A stretch of 64,000 nucleotides of DNA from Eledone cirrhosa. Its lineage: Eukaryota. Position 1 is the stretch's first letter. The number at the start of each line of letters is the position of its first letter. Position numbers and translations under genes: made by a program. The stretch lies in the NCBI GenBank assembly GCA_964016885.1, contig OZ024741.1, positions 224,874,001 to 224,938,000 of the forward strand, in the 5' to 3' direction. This document shows, one piece after another, positions 12,686 to 25,037 of this stretch. The notes beneath the pieces are model-generated. The model ran no database searches. It was not told the DNA's origin and saw only the letters and a list, made by a program, of their open reading frames with translations.

Positions 12686-12743
12686 CACATACACAACAAA
12701 CATTTGCTATTCACACACTTATACATGCACAATCACACACAGT

Positions 12744-12777
<34 letters not shown>

Positions 12778-12833
12778 CACATACACTACAAACATTTGCT
12801 ATTCACACACTCATACATGCACAATCACACACA

Positions 12834-12913
<80 letters not shown>

Positions 12914-12977
12914 CACATACACTACAAACATTTGCTATTCACACACTCATACATGCACAATCACACACACACACAGT

Positions 12978-13033
<56 letters not shown>

Positions 13034-13074
13034 CACTACAAACATTTGCTATTCACACACTAATACATGCACAA

Positions 13075-13119
<45 letters not shown>

Positions 13120-13268
13120 CACATACACTACAAACATTTGCTATTCACACACTCATACATGCACAGTCACACACAGACACACACACATATATATATACAC
13201 ATACACTACAAACATTTGCTATTCACACACTCATACATGCACAGTCACACACAGACACACACACACAT

Positions 13269-13299
<31 letters not shown>

Positions 13300-13370
13300 C
13301 ACATACACTACAAACATTTGCTATTCACACACTAATACATGCACAATCACACACATACACACACACACAT

Positions 13371-13403
<33 letters not shown>

Positions 13404-13537
13404 CACATACACTACAAACATTTGCTATTCACACACTCATACATGCACAATCACACACAGACACACACACATATATATATACACATACACTACAAACATT
13501 TGCTATTCACACACTCATACATGCACAATCACACACA

Positions 13538-13581
<44 letters not shown>

Positions 13582-13639
13582 CACATACACTACAAACATT
13601 TGCTATTCACACACTCATACATGCACAATCACACACAGT

Positions 13640-13675
<36 letters not shown>

Positions 13676-13731
13676 CATACACTACAAACATTTGCTATTC
13701 ACACACTCATACATGCACAATCACACACAGT

Positions 13732-13765
<34 letters not shown>

Positions 13766-13812
13766 CACATACACTACAAACATTTGCTATTCACACACTC
13801 ATACATGCACAA

Positions 13813-13877
<65 letters not shown>

Positions 13878-13943
13878 CACATACACTACAAACATTTGCT
13901 ATTCACACACTCATACATGCACAATCACACACACACACACAGT

Positions 13944-13985
<42 letters not shown>

Positions 13986-14026
13986 CACTACAAACATTTG
14001 CTATTCACACACTAATACATGCACAA

Positions 14027-14073
<47 letters not shown>

Positions 14074-14118
14074 CATACACTACAAACATTTGCTATTCAC
14101 ACACTCATACATGCACAA

Positions 14119-14193
<75 letters not shown>

Positions 14194-14325
14194 CTACAAA
14201 CATTTGCCACTGCGATTCACACACACGTATATATATAGATAAGCACACATATAGACACATACACACATTCTTTCTCACGCACACACGCATACACATACTA
14301 CAAACATTTTCTACTGCTATTCACA
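12480..14325. repeat. Compound minisatellite: ~48-bp constant core separated by variable (CA)n(TA)n
   Basis: Core catacactacaaacatttgctattcacacactcatacatgcacaatc occurs about 17 times, plus 2 diverged copies. Confidence 0.95.
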
Positions 14326-14339
14326 TACACGTATACATA

Positions 14340-14375
<36 letters not shown>

Positions 14376-14760
14376 CACATACACACTACCTTCAAGAGCT
14401 CCCTCACCGTCATCCCACCTTATGTTCTTTATGAAGACAGGTATTGTTCAAGAAATACCATTAAGCACATGAATGGAGGGAGGGAGGGACAAGTCGGTGT
14501 TTTCCTATTCCTACCCCTCATCTCCCCTCAGGCAAACAAAATATATATCACAAGGTATATATATATATATATATATTATAGTTATATATATATATGTATA
14601 TGTATATATGTATATATACATATATATATACACACACACACACATATATATATATCTATATAATATTTTTTCCTCGTTGTGCTAATTTTGATATACCTAC
14701 ATATACAGCCCCCCCCCAATGTTTATATATATATTTTTTGTCCTCATTGTGTTAATTTTG

Positions 14761-14818
<58 letters not shown>

Positions 14819-15112
14819 ACACACACAAACACACATATATATAAATATAAATTCGTACACACATACATTATATATAAATACATATGTAATTAAACCTAAA
14901 ATTAACACACATACCAAATACAACAAACAGGAAACCGATTACAACTGCCAAGCTTCAAACGTTAGGGAATCTTAAACTAGGCTTCACAGATTTCCTCCCA
15001 CTCCCATGACACTTTACAGCCACTACTTAGTACGCCGCCTATGCCACTACTATGACCATACTGATTCTGAAGATGGAGCTGTGAAGACCCCCGAAACGTT
15101 TATTCAAACATT

Positions 15113-15293
15113 TGGTAGTATTGGTAGAACGTCCGACACTATGATTTGCAGTATAGAGTTATGGCCATTTACGTCTGTGTTCAAATCCTGCCGAGGTTAA
15201 CTTTGCCTTTCATCTTTACTGGGTCGATAAAATAAAGTACCAGTAATGCGCTGGGATAATTGCTGGCCTTCTGTCAGAAGTAGAAACAATTAT
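15113..15293 (+). mobile_element. Abundant tRNA-derived SINE copy
   Basis: Matches the 62680-63825 unit. Confidence 0.8.
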
Positions 15294-16146
15294 TTAGGAA
15301 CGCTACTGTTCCAAACTAAGCATACAGTACAAATAAAGAAATTGGAAAAATCTTTAATAAAAATGATCAAACTAGAGAACAGTCGTCTTTTCACATGTCT
15401 GAAAGAAACTCTGGTCCCTAATTTTTAGCAATTAAGCTACAACAAATACACATAGAATTTTCTGTGACGTGAGTGAAAAAATATGGTGCACAAGAGTCGT
15501 GAATAAAACAAAGGAAAAAAAAAGAAGAAAAAAGAAAGGAAGAAAAAACAAGAAGAAAGTAAGATAACGTATTAAAAAATGTTAGCGATTGAAATAAATG
15601 GGGGAGGGGAGAATAGATAACACATACGTCACATTAATATGGATAAACCCAAGATTAACAAAGAGAGGACAAGACAACGAACGGAAACAAAGCAAAACGA
15701 AAAACAAGTAAATGTTGAGTTGTTCTAAACACCAGCTTAATAATGGGACAGTTAAGTTATGTTACTATATACCCCTACATTCTTAATTATTATCAAAATT
15801 ACTTGAGAATCATTGGTTGTGCTGGTCATTAACAATATGGTTAAGTAAGGGTTAAAACAGTGAAGAGGCTGGATTTTGTCTACTGCAGTATGTTTGCACT
15901 TATGTGTGCCCGCTGCAATATTCCAGCACACTTAGTCTGTAGTTGACATCCTTAAATCAACTGTAGCTAACATTTTCTCCTGGGGCACTAACGCCAGAAT
16001 AATGATGTTTCATTAGTATCATACACTTGTTCTGCAGATAAATTATCATTATTATTATAGAAACAATTATTATTATTTTTATTATTATTTTTATCAACGA
16101 CGATCATTGTAATCTTATCAATTAATTCCTTTGTGGTCAGAAGATA

Positions 16147-16730
16147 TCAGGTTAAACAGAAAGTTCTCGCCGTGTTTCAAATTTTTATTGACTTTGGCGT
16201 TTTTTAACATTAGGAAAATTTTACAAGTCAAAATATTCACTATCATTTGCGATTACAGTCTGCCATTGTTTAGGAAGGCACTTGGTTCCATCCCTATAGA
16301 ATTCTTCTGGCTTCGATGCAAAGAATTCAGTCAGATACTTATTTAACTGGTTTTCATTGCATCGCTCATTGAGAGAAAAAAGTGTTAGTCTGTAGGTGCA
16401 GGGTTGGGCGAATACGGCGAGTGGGGCAAGACTTCCCAACCTAGCTTCAGCAGCTTCTCACGGGCCATCCTTGATGTATGAGCCCGAACGTTATGAAGAA
16501 ATCGAACAGGACCAAAGTTTGGGCGCACCTGTGCAATTTTCGCTGCTAATCTGTCAAATTGTTGGCAATAGATTTCAGAGGTTAGGCTGGTATTCAGTGG
16601 GAGCAGCTGGTATTGGATGACACCTTTCCAGTCCCACCAGACGCTCAGTAAGACCTTGCGAGGGTTGAAGCCAGCTTTTGCTTGCTGTTGTGGCACACTC
16701 TCTTTATTAATCCACGATCGATTGCACTTA
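16147..16730 (-). mobile_element. Mariner transposon 3' remnant (transposase pseudogene plus terminal repeat)
   Basis: PRKVLLSVWWDWKGVI...WEVLPHSPYSPNPAPTD (YSPDLAP motif) and FFASKPEEFYRDG..LPKQWQTVI; TA followed by a tcaggtt.. TIR-like end at 16145. Confidence 0.9.
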
Positions 16731-16734
16731 GCAT

Positions 16735-16925
16735 TAATTGTTTCTACTTTTGGCACAAGGTCAGCAATTATCCCAGTGTATTACTGGTACTTTATTTTAT
16801 CGACCCCGTAAGGATGAAAGGCAAAAGTTAACCTCGGCGGGATTTGAACTCGGAATGGCAAGGGCCGTAACTCTATGCTGCAAAGCATGGCGTCCGACCC
16901 TCTACTAATACTGCCAATCCAGCGC
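16735..16925 (-). mobile_element. Abundant tRNA-derived SINE copy
   Basis: Reverse complement of the 192-bp unit. Confidence 0.85.
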
Positions 16926-17093
16926 TTAACATTAATGTAGAGACATCATGTCTCATCACTAGTGACAATGGAAAGTAACCAGTTGGTTGTGCGATAGTAG
17001 GAGAACAGAAATCGCAGCTGCTGCCCGATTCATTATTGCTATACAAACTTTATTGTTATACTAACATTATTGCCATACAGGTATTATAGACAT

Positions 17094-17098
<5 letters not shown>

Positions 17099-17164
<66 letters not shown>

Positions 17165-17192
17165 TCTCTCTCTCTCTCTCGCTCTCTCTCTA
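17099..17192. repeat. (TC)n microsatellite ending in TCTA at the start of Tx1 element A
   Basis: Direct reading. Confidence 0.95.
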
Positions 17193-17414
17193 GCAGACGT
17201 GTGTAACTTCGCAGAGAAGTTTCCGTTGTTTTGTGTGAGAGAAAAACGTGAGTTTTCAGTTAAATTTTATATTATTGTATAACTTGACCCCCCGTCTGGA
17301 CCTTCAGGTGGTGGGTCAACTCATTTTCGCCCCTACAGGGGCGAAATATTCGTTTTAAAAATTTTTTTCTCCATCGAATTTTGGAAAAAATATATTAAGA
17401 AGTTTGATTACGTT

Positions 17415-19279
17415 ATGAACGCTGCGTTCAACGATAATGGTGGTGGAGAGTCGGTAAGACTACAAAGCTCGCAGTCAACATCGTCTTCTTCCCTAGATAC
17501 TATGGAGATGGAAAGACGAAATGAAAATGTAAAAACAAATTCATATCCAAACAACACAAATGACACCAAACAGTTCAATGACAACAAAAATAACAACACC
17601 AATAATGATGATAAAAACAACAATGACAACAACAACAAAGAAAAAAATAAAGACAACACCAATAACACCAGCATCAAAGACAACAACACCAACACCAACA
17701 CCAAGGAAAATACGAATAATATCAACATCAGTGACAACAAGAATAACAACAACAATAACAACAATAATGACAACACCACCAACACGGATAATTCCACAAA
17801 GAAACCAAAAATCTCCTTTGCACAGACCGTTCAAAAAAAGGAGGAACTGACATATCTCGACATAATGTCGAACAACTTTTAAAGGACGCTAGGAGATATG
17901 TCACTTTCGAAAAAAATGGTGCTTTCAGCATCAATTCTCCGGTAGAAATTCGCAAGGAAACTGCTCTCAAAACGATAGTTTTTAGGACAGTTTCCAATTC
18001 TACCCGAAAACCACTCCAATTGTTACAGAAAGAAATTGAACTGGTTTTCACAAATTCAATGAATGATATTGCATTCATTCAAAGAAGCAAACTTTTTGGG
18101 AGTATTTCGGTACTCATGAAGGATCAATTGACGGCCCAAAATTACTCTGTGTCGCCAATTGTATCCAACCTGTATACCGTTTTCCCTACATACATAGGAA
18201 AAAGGACACAGAAGATTAAAATCACGAGTGTCACACCAAAGGTGAACATATGATGGATACTGTGCGGCTTCATCAATTTTGATGAAGACAGAATACTGTC
18301 AGTAGGAAAGTCCCCCAGAGATGTATTCAATGGGACTAGCATTGAAGTTCTGGTGCAAATGAGCCCAGAGCGAATAGCTATGATCCCACAACGTGTACTC
18401 CTGGACGGACTCACCTACATAAACTTTTCGGTTGAGGGTAGGCGGCTTTCATGTTACCATTGCTTTAGCAGGGGTCACCCGAGGGCTTCCTGTCCTAAAT
18501 TAATGAGTAAAAAAAAGGCTCTTCTGCCGACACCCATCAAAACAACACAACCACCAACACCACCACAACAACAAAAACACCAACACACAAAAATAAGCAC
18601 AACAAACACAGTCGCACCCAACCCCACTCCACCTAAAACCACTGCAAAATCACATACAGACACAACAGATCCCCAAGACATACCCCTCCCCAATCACACA
18701 GACGATACAACAGATGAGGCTATCTCGCCACCACCCAGTGAACACGAGGTAGAACCCCATCGCTCAAAAAGAAAGAAAAGACATCACAAAAGCAAAAAAC
18801 CAGCAAACACTACCACAAACATACAACCACCAACACAAACAACAAAAACATCACAAACAAAACCCCCACCTCCTGAAAACAAAATACCTACAACAAAACG
18901 AAAGCACACACAAGAACTACAGACAAAAACAAACACAACACAAGAAAATTACACTTACACTTACATAAACACTGAAAACTTTCGCCCACTCTATTAAAAA
19001 TAACAAAAAACTGAACCTAAAACTGATTAGGGTCCCTATACAAACTTATAGGTCCCTAAAAGAAACATTTGAGAAGGATGTGGGGAATTCCTGCGTGAAA
19101 CCACTTAACCGCGTCCTTCTCAAATGTCTCACCACCCAAACACCCCCATCCCACCAGACCCCACCCCACCAAACATCTCCGTCCCCACCCCGCCGGAAAC
19201 CACCACCCATCCAGACAACCCCTCCAACACCCCCATGGAAATCGTGCAGCCTGGTTCCCAGGAGACGAAGGGTGAGTGA
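17415..19279 (+). pseudogene. Element A ORF1 (gag-like, zinc knuckle), disrupted
   Basis: Fragments 17415-17882, 18020-18253 and 18353-18997 are similar to B ORF1; CYHCFSRGHPRASC knuckle. Confidence 0.8.
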
Positions 19280-19312
19280 TCTTTTTTCCTCTTTTAACTT
19301 TTCAGCACCAAC

Positions 19313-22300
19313 ATGGCCAATATAAGAGTTGGATGTGTGAACGTACGCGGCCTGGGGATGCCCTGGAAACAGGGCAAACTCTTAAACGACCTCAGGTCAC
19401 ACAGTATGGAAGTGGTAGCCATTTGCGAGTCCAGGATCCACAGCGAGCGACAGCTGACCCCCATCTTCGATGACTTTGAGATCTACGCATCTCTCTGTCA
19501 ACCGGGGGGTGGGGCGGAGTTGCCGTTTTGCTGCGGAAACACCTGGGCCTCGTAACACAGACGGTACATCTGGACCCGGAGGGTCGACTGGTGGTCCTAG
19601 ACGTTGACGGTAGTGAAGGTGGAGCCTTCAGGTTGGTGGCCGCATATGCCCCATCCGGGACACGGCGGCCAGACTTCTTCAAACGTCTAGAGACTTTTCT
19701 GGGAACGTCCCGCTCCTTGCTTTTAGTGGGGGACTGGAATGGAATCCTAGATGCACGTAGGGACTATGTGGGAGCGTGTCCCGATGAAGGGGGGTGTAAC
19801 AGCCTCAAACAGTTAATCGAGCGATTTGACCTGGCCGATAGATATCGACTAGATTTTCCGTCTGCGCCACTGTGGACGTGGAGTAATCGCAGTGGAACAT
19901 CTAGATCGTACCTAGATAGGGTTCTAGTTAGAAATAAGGATAGGGACATGTTAAGCTGTCCACAAATGTTCATGGTTGCCTATTCAGATCACAAACTAGT
20001 GACCTGCATGGCCAACCTTGATAGAACCCATAGACAAGGACCCGGCTACTGGAAGCTGAACTTGTCGTTACCGACAAGCAAAGCCTACAGTAGACGGATT
20101 AGCACTTTAGTTAAACAGCACTTGACAGGGGCCATTGTCAACAACAGATGGTGGTACTCTCTCAAGAGGGCAGTTAGATTAGACTCGTTAGTTTTTAGTA
20201 AAGAATTAGCGTTAGATAGAAATAGAACCGAGAAGGAACTGGTAGATAAAGTAGAAGAGGCAATTAGAAGTGGCAACGTAGCCAGCGTGCTAGCAACGAG
20301 AACGGCCTTGGACCAGTCCTTCGACGCAAAGCACGAGGGCTGCGTTGTCAGAAGCAAAATACGTGCTCTGGGAAACGAGGGAGCCAAAGCTGTTAGCTGG
20401 GCCCGAGTGACGGAGGCAAAAAGTGGCAACAAGTTCACGATTCGGTCTTTGAAGGACCAAAACGGACGCGTGATACGTGAGCCGAAGCAGATGTGTGCGG
20501 CCTTTCAGCGGCACTTTGCTCAGCTGTCCGGGCGGGGCAGCGCGCCGGGAGGGGCTATGGATTTCGGTCCATACCTCGACGGCCTACCGCGACTCTCGGA
20601 CAGCGAGGCAAAGTTCTGCGAAAAGCCGATTTCAGCCGCTGAGATAGGGGACGCGCTGAGCCAATGCGGCAAACGCAAATTTCCAGGTCTCGACGGTCTA
20701 CCCTACGAATTTTACGTAGCAATGCCTGACTTATTCTCCGGTCTCCAGGAAGCGGTCTACTGCAACTGGCAACAGAACGGGAGAATTCCCAGTTCTGTAA
20801 CCGGGGGCGTAGTCACACTAATCAGGAAGGACGAGAATAAAGGGGATGACATAGGCAACTTCCGGTCCATAACTCTGCTAAACACAGAGTTACAGATTTT
20901 AGCCAAGGTGTTGGCAAAGAGGCTGGCGCTTGTCGTCGAGAACATGGTGGGAGAAGCGCAGACATGCGCAATCCCGACCAGGTCTATACACGACAACCTC
21001 CACCTCATGCGATACATCATAGAGAGGGTAGGGTGTAAACCCGGCTTCGGTGGGGCCCTGATCAACTTGGATCAGTCTAAGGCTTTCGATAGGGTTGACC
21101 ATCGTTACCTGGATTCGGTGCTCGAGGCGGCAGGCTTCGGACCCGTGTTCAGGGGCTGGATTGCTGCAATGCACAACAGCAACATCTGCTCAAGCGTCAA
21201 GGTGAACGGCTACCTATCGGAGCCGTTCCATATTACGCGATCCATTCGACAGGGATGCCCTCTCTCCTCCCTTCTGTACGTACTGACTCTCGAGCCACTA
21301 CTGCGGAAGTTGGAGCTATTGCAGAGCATCCCTCTGGAACTGGGACTGCGGAAAGCGGCGCCGGCCTACGCCGACGACGTCACAATAGTGGTGTCGAGCG
21401 CCTCGCAAATCGAGGAAGTCGGCACCTTACTGAAGGAATACGAAAGTTTCACAGGAGCGAAGCTGAACCGGGACAAGTCCATCGGTTTGCAACTCGGATC
21501 GTGGAGGGCCAAACCGATGCCTTCCGATGGCGTCGTCGGACGCTGGACCGAAGGACCGGTAAAGCTGCTCGGGGTCTGGTTTGGTCCGGACCTCCAGGTG
21601 GAGAAGAACTGGAACGAAGTGACGGCCAAGGTGTTTGCACTCACCCAGAAGTGGGCCGAGTGCAAACTATCCTTGAAAGGTCGAGCGGAGGTGGCGAACA
21701 CTTTTATAGCGTCCGCCATCTACTACCGCTTGACCGTCGTGCCTTGTCCAGCCAAAACGCTCGCCAAAATGGAGCGCGCGCTCTTCCAATTCATTTGGAA
21801 GAGGCGAGCTCCTTTGGTGAGAAGATCCATCTGCTGCCAACACCCTTCTAACGGAGGGCTGGGGATGCCGTGGTTGACGATGCGCAAACACGCGCTCAGG
21901 CTGCGGCATCTCTACGTATTCCTCACCGGACAACCGGTGTGGGCCCCGTTCGTGAGGCGAGCCTTCCCACGACTCGTCTCGCTGACCGAGCTGCAGTCCT
22001 GGGTCAAGCAAAGACCGAGGAAAATGGTCGACTGGCACATCGAATGTGCTCAGGCGCTCACAGCCCTCTGGCAGGCGGACCCGGCGATCAGTGGAGACTC
22101 CACTTCGTCATTCTATAGAGGGTTGATCCGCAGCAAGTGCGACGACGCGCTCGGCGAAACTCTAGGCGTAGAGGAAGATGAACTGGCCAGTCTGTTCGGT
22201 AGGACCTTCCGCCCGGGACCGATGGACAACTTCCAAAAGTCCCTGGCCTGGCAGTGCTACCGAGGAGCTCTACCAGTTCGAGACAAGCTCTACAGACATG

Positions 22301-22749
22301 GGCGCCTGGGCAGGGACCCTGCAAAAAAGATCTGTCCAAGGTGCGTGCGTAACGAAGAAACCGTCGCGCACGCATTCATACACTGCCCGGGCGTCACTGA
22401 TCTGTGGGGCTATGTAGAACGACTATTGTCGCGGGTGGGACCAATCCGGTTGACCACCGAGTCCATTGTCATGATCAAACCGCCACCCTCCTTCAAAAAC
22501 GAAGGAGAGGTGGTTTTCCTTTGTGTCATAGCTATGGCGAAAGAGGTTGTATGGTGGACAAGGTTGAAAGGGCTGAGGTCAGACACCTTTCTCTCCGGCC
22601 AACAACTGGTTCTTTTTTTCAAATACCACTTTGGAAGATGAATCAGGATGGAGAGAGAGGTGCTGCACCCCAGCAAGTTTTATGAAAGGTGGGTGAAAGT
22701 GGCGAGAATGGCCCGAGTGAATGGGCCTTCTCTCTATATCAGCCTGTAG
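19313..22749 (+). pseudogene. Element A ORF2 (APE endonuclease, reverse transcriptase, Zn domain)
   Basis: NVRGL, GDWN, SDH, LDQSKAFDRVDH, QGCPLS, YADD, CPRC..H..HC; frameshift near 19510 and premature TGA at 22639. Confidence 0.92.
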
Positions 22750-23199
22750 GTTGAGGAAAAGGAGGAGGAGAGGAAAGGAGTACAAACTCTTCGTACTCCT
22801 GCACATTTTTTTCGGGGATATGTGTTACCCATATGAACTGTCTCCCCCTATTGGGGAAAATCGACTAACTTTTTAAATTGCATTTGTGATAACATTTTAC
22901 ACGTTTTTATTGTATGTAAACTTCCCCCTTTGTATTTGTCCCATTCTTTTGTGCCCCTGTGGCTAATAAAGAAACATATCTATCTATCTATCTATCTTGA
23001 TAGAGTAAGACACGCTTCGCATCGGCTCCGCTATTCCATCGGGATTTACCCTTACTATTGTAAGTACCGGATAAATTTTTTAGTGCAACACATTTGGAAC
23101 ACTAACCCCTGTTATTTAGGGAAACATTTTTGCATTTACCCCCTTTTTAGGGGGTAAAATAAATATCTATTTTTGCCGAAAAATTTCTTTCTTGGCAGC

Positions 23200-25037
23200 A
23201 TGGCGGAAAAGATGGCAGACATGTCTGCCATTAGCTCTGCCACGCCCCCCAAGTCTGAAGAACAAAAAATAATTACAACAAAATTAGACATTGAAACAAA
23301 CAAAGAAAATGAAAAAACAAATGTTAAGGAAAATGAGCAAACAGAAAACAAACAAACAGAAAATAATACAAATAACGACAGGGCAACTTTCGCCCAGAAA
23401 ACAAAACAATCCATTACATACACACCAATTGACCTAACTGCCGCCAGAGAAAAACTGGCCGAAGCAAAGAAACACATTGTTTTGGGGGAGAACGGAATGT
23501 TTTCCATTAACTCCCCCCCAGAATTCAAGAAAGCCAGAGCAGAAAACACAGTTCTCTACAGAACTATACTGAACCAGACAAGAAAGCCAGCACAGCCCAG
23601 CCAAATGGAAATAGAGTTAGTCCTAAAAGACTATATGAAGAATATTCTCTTCATACGAAAGGACCGACTCTATGGCAGCATTTCGGTCCTAACAAGAGAC
23701 AAAGAAACGGCGGAGAAGCTTTCCCTAAGCCCACTCTCATCGACAACATATAGCTTCTATCCCTCCTACATGGGTAGAAGAACACAGAGAGTAAAAGTAA
23801 AAACAATGCTGCCCACAATGGACTTCTGGTGGGCTATTGCTGGCTTCATTGATATGGGCGAAGACACAATGCTGTCAATGGGGAAGGCAACTGGAGATGC
23901 GTTCCTGGGAATGGGCCTCGACATACTAGTCCAAATGAGGCCCGAAAGAATAGCACAAATCCCGGATCGCATCTGGCTGGATGACCTTACCCCAATAGAC
24001 ATAATTGTAGAGGGGAGAAGACCAGCATGCTATTTATGCATGGAAAGGGGACACGTTAAGGCTAACTGCCCGAAACGTATCCCTCAAAAAGGACTATTGC
24101 CCACACCCACCACAAACAGTACACCAACACCACCCACCTCCAAAAATACACTAATACCACACACAGCAAACAAAATACAGACACCACCAACCACAAACAC
24201 AACACAAACATCACCACCACCAGCACCAAACACAAGCACGACACAAAAATCACCACCACCAACCACAACACAAACATCACCACCACCATCACCAACCACA
24301 AGCACGACACAAACATTACCACCACCACCACAAAACCCATTCCAAACAAATAATAAAAAAAACAGTAACAAATCTACCCCTCCCGCAAAAAAAAAAACAA
24401 CCACACAACACGTCCCTCCCACCTAGCGCTGAAGAGTTTCCCCCAACTTCTGAAGAAGAAGGAGGAGAAGCCTTCAGACAAGTTAAAAGAAAAAAAAGAA
24501 AACACACACCCAGCACACCACAAATAACCCACACACAAACACCAACTCCAATCAAAAACACCCCACCCTCAACAAACAAAAATAAATCTGCGCCTCCCCT
24601 CTCCGAAACATTGACAGCATCACAAAAAAAGACGTTGCAATACACATATATAAATAAAGAAAACAAAAAACTGGTTAAATTAATAAACAATAACCCTATG
24701 GTGCAGACCGAAGGGCCAAACTTTATCTCAACAGAGAACTTCACCCATTTAAAAATGATAAAGGTCCCTCTGGACCTTTATCGTTCCTTAAAAGAACAAT
24801 TTAGACGGGACGTGAGCCCCCCCCCCCTGTTTAAAACCGTTGAATCGCGTCCTCTTGAAAGATTTCCCCATAACCGCCCCTCTCCCTGACACAACTCCAA
24901 ATACCCCAACCCCACCACACACGTGTACCCCCACACCACCACAAAACATCCCTCCACCCAACACACCTGATGCCATGGAAATTACGCAACCCGGAGAGGT
25001 AAGTGCTTTTCTTTCTTCACTTTCAACACCAAAATAG
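23200..25037 (+). CDS. Element B ORF1 (zinc knuckle, Pro/Thr-rich), with two apparent frameshifts
   Basis: ATG at 23200, CYLCMERGHVKANC; homology continues in frames 24611-24889 and 24840-25037 (NRVLLK..MEITQP). Confidence 0.75.

Larger units (their letters stand above)
17193..22975 (+). mobile_element. Tx1/L1-clade non-LTR retrotransposon A, full length, mutated
   Basis: 5' UTR, ORF1 with CCHC knuckle, ORF2 APE-RT-Zn, AATAAA at 22965, then (TATC)n at 22977-22997. Confidence 0.92.

Noticed and set aside
12475-14375. CRISPR-like repeat-spacer pattern and long His/Thr-rich ORFs
   Set aside because: The spacers are only (CA)n(TA)n, and ORFs are open in all three frames because the repeat lacks stops
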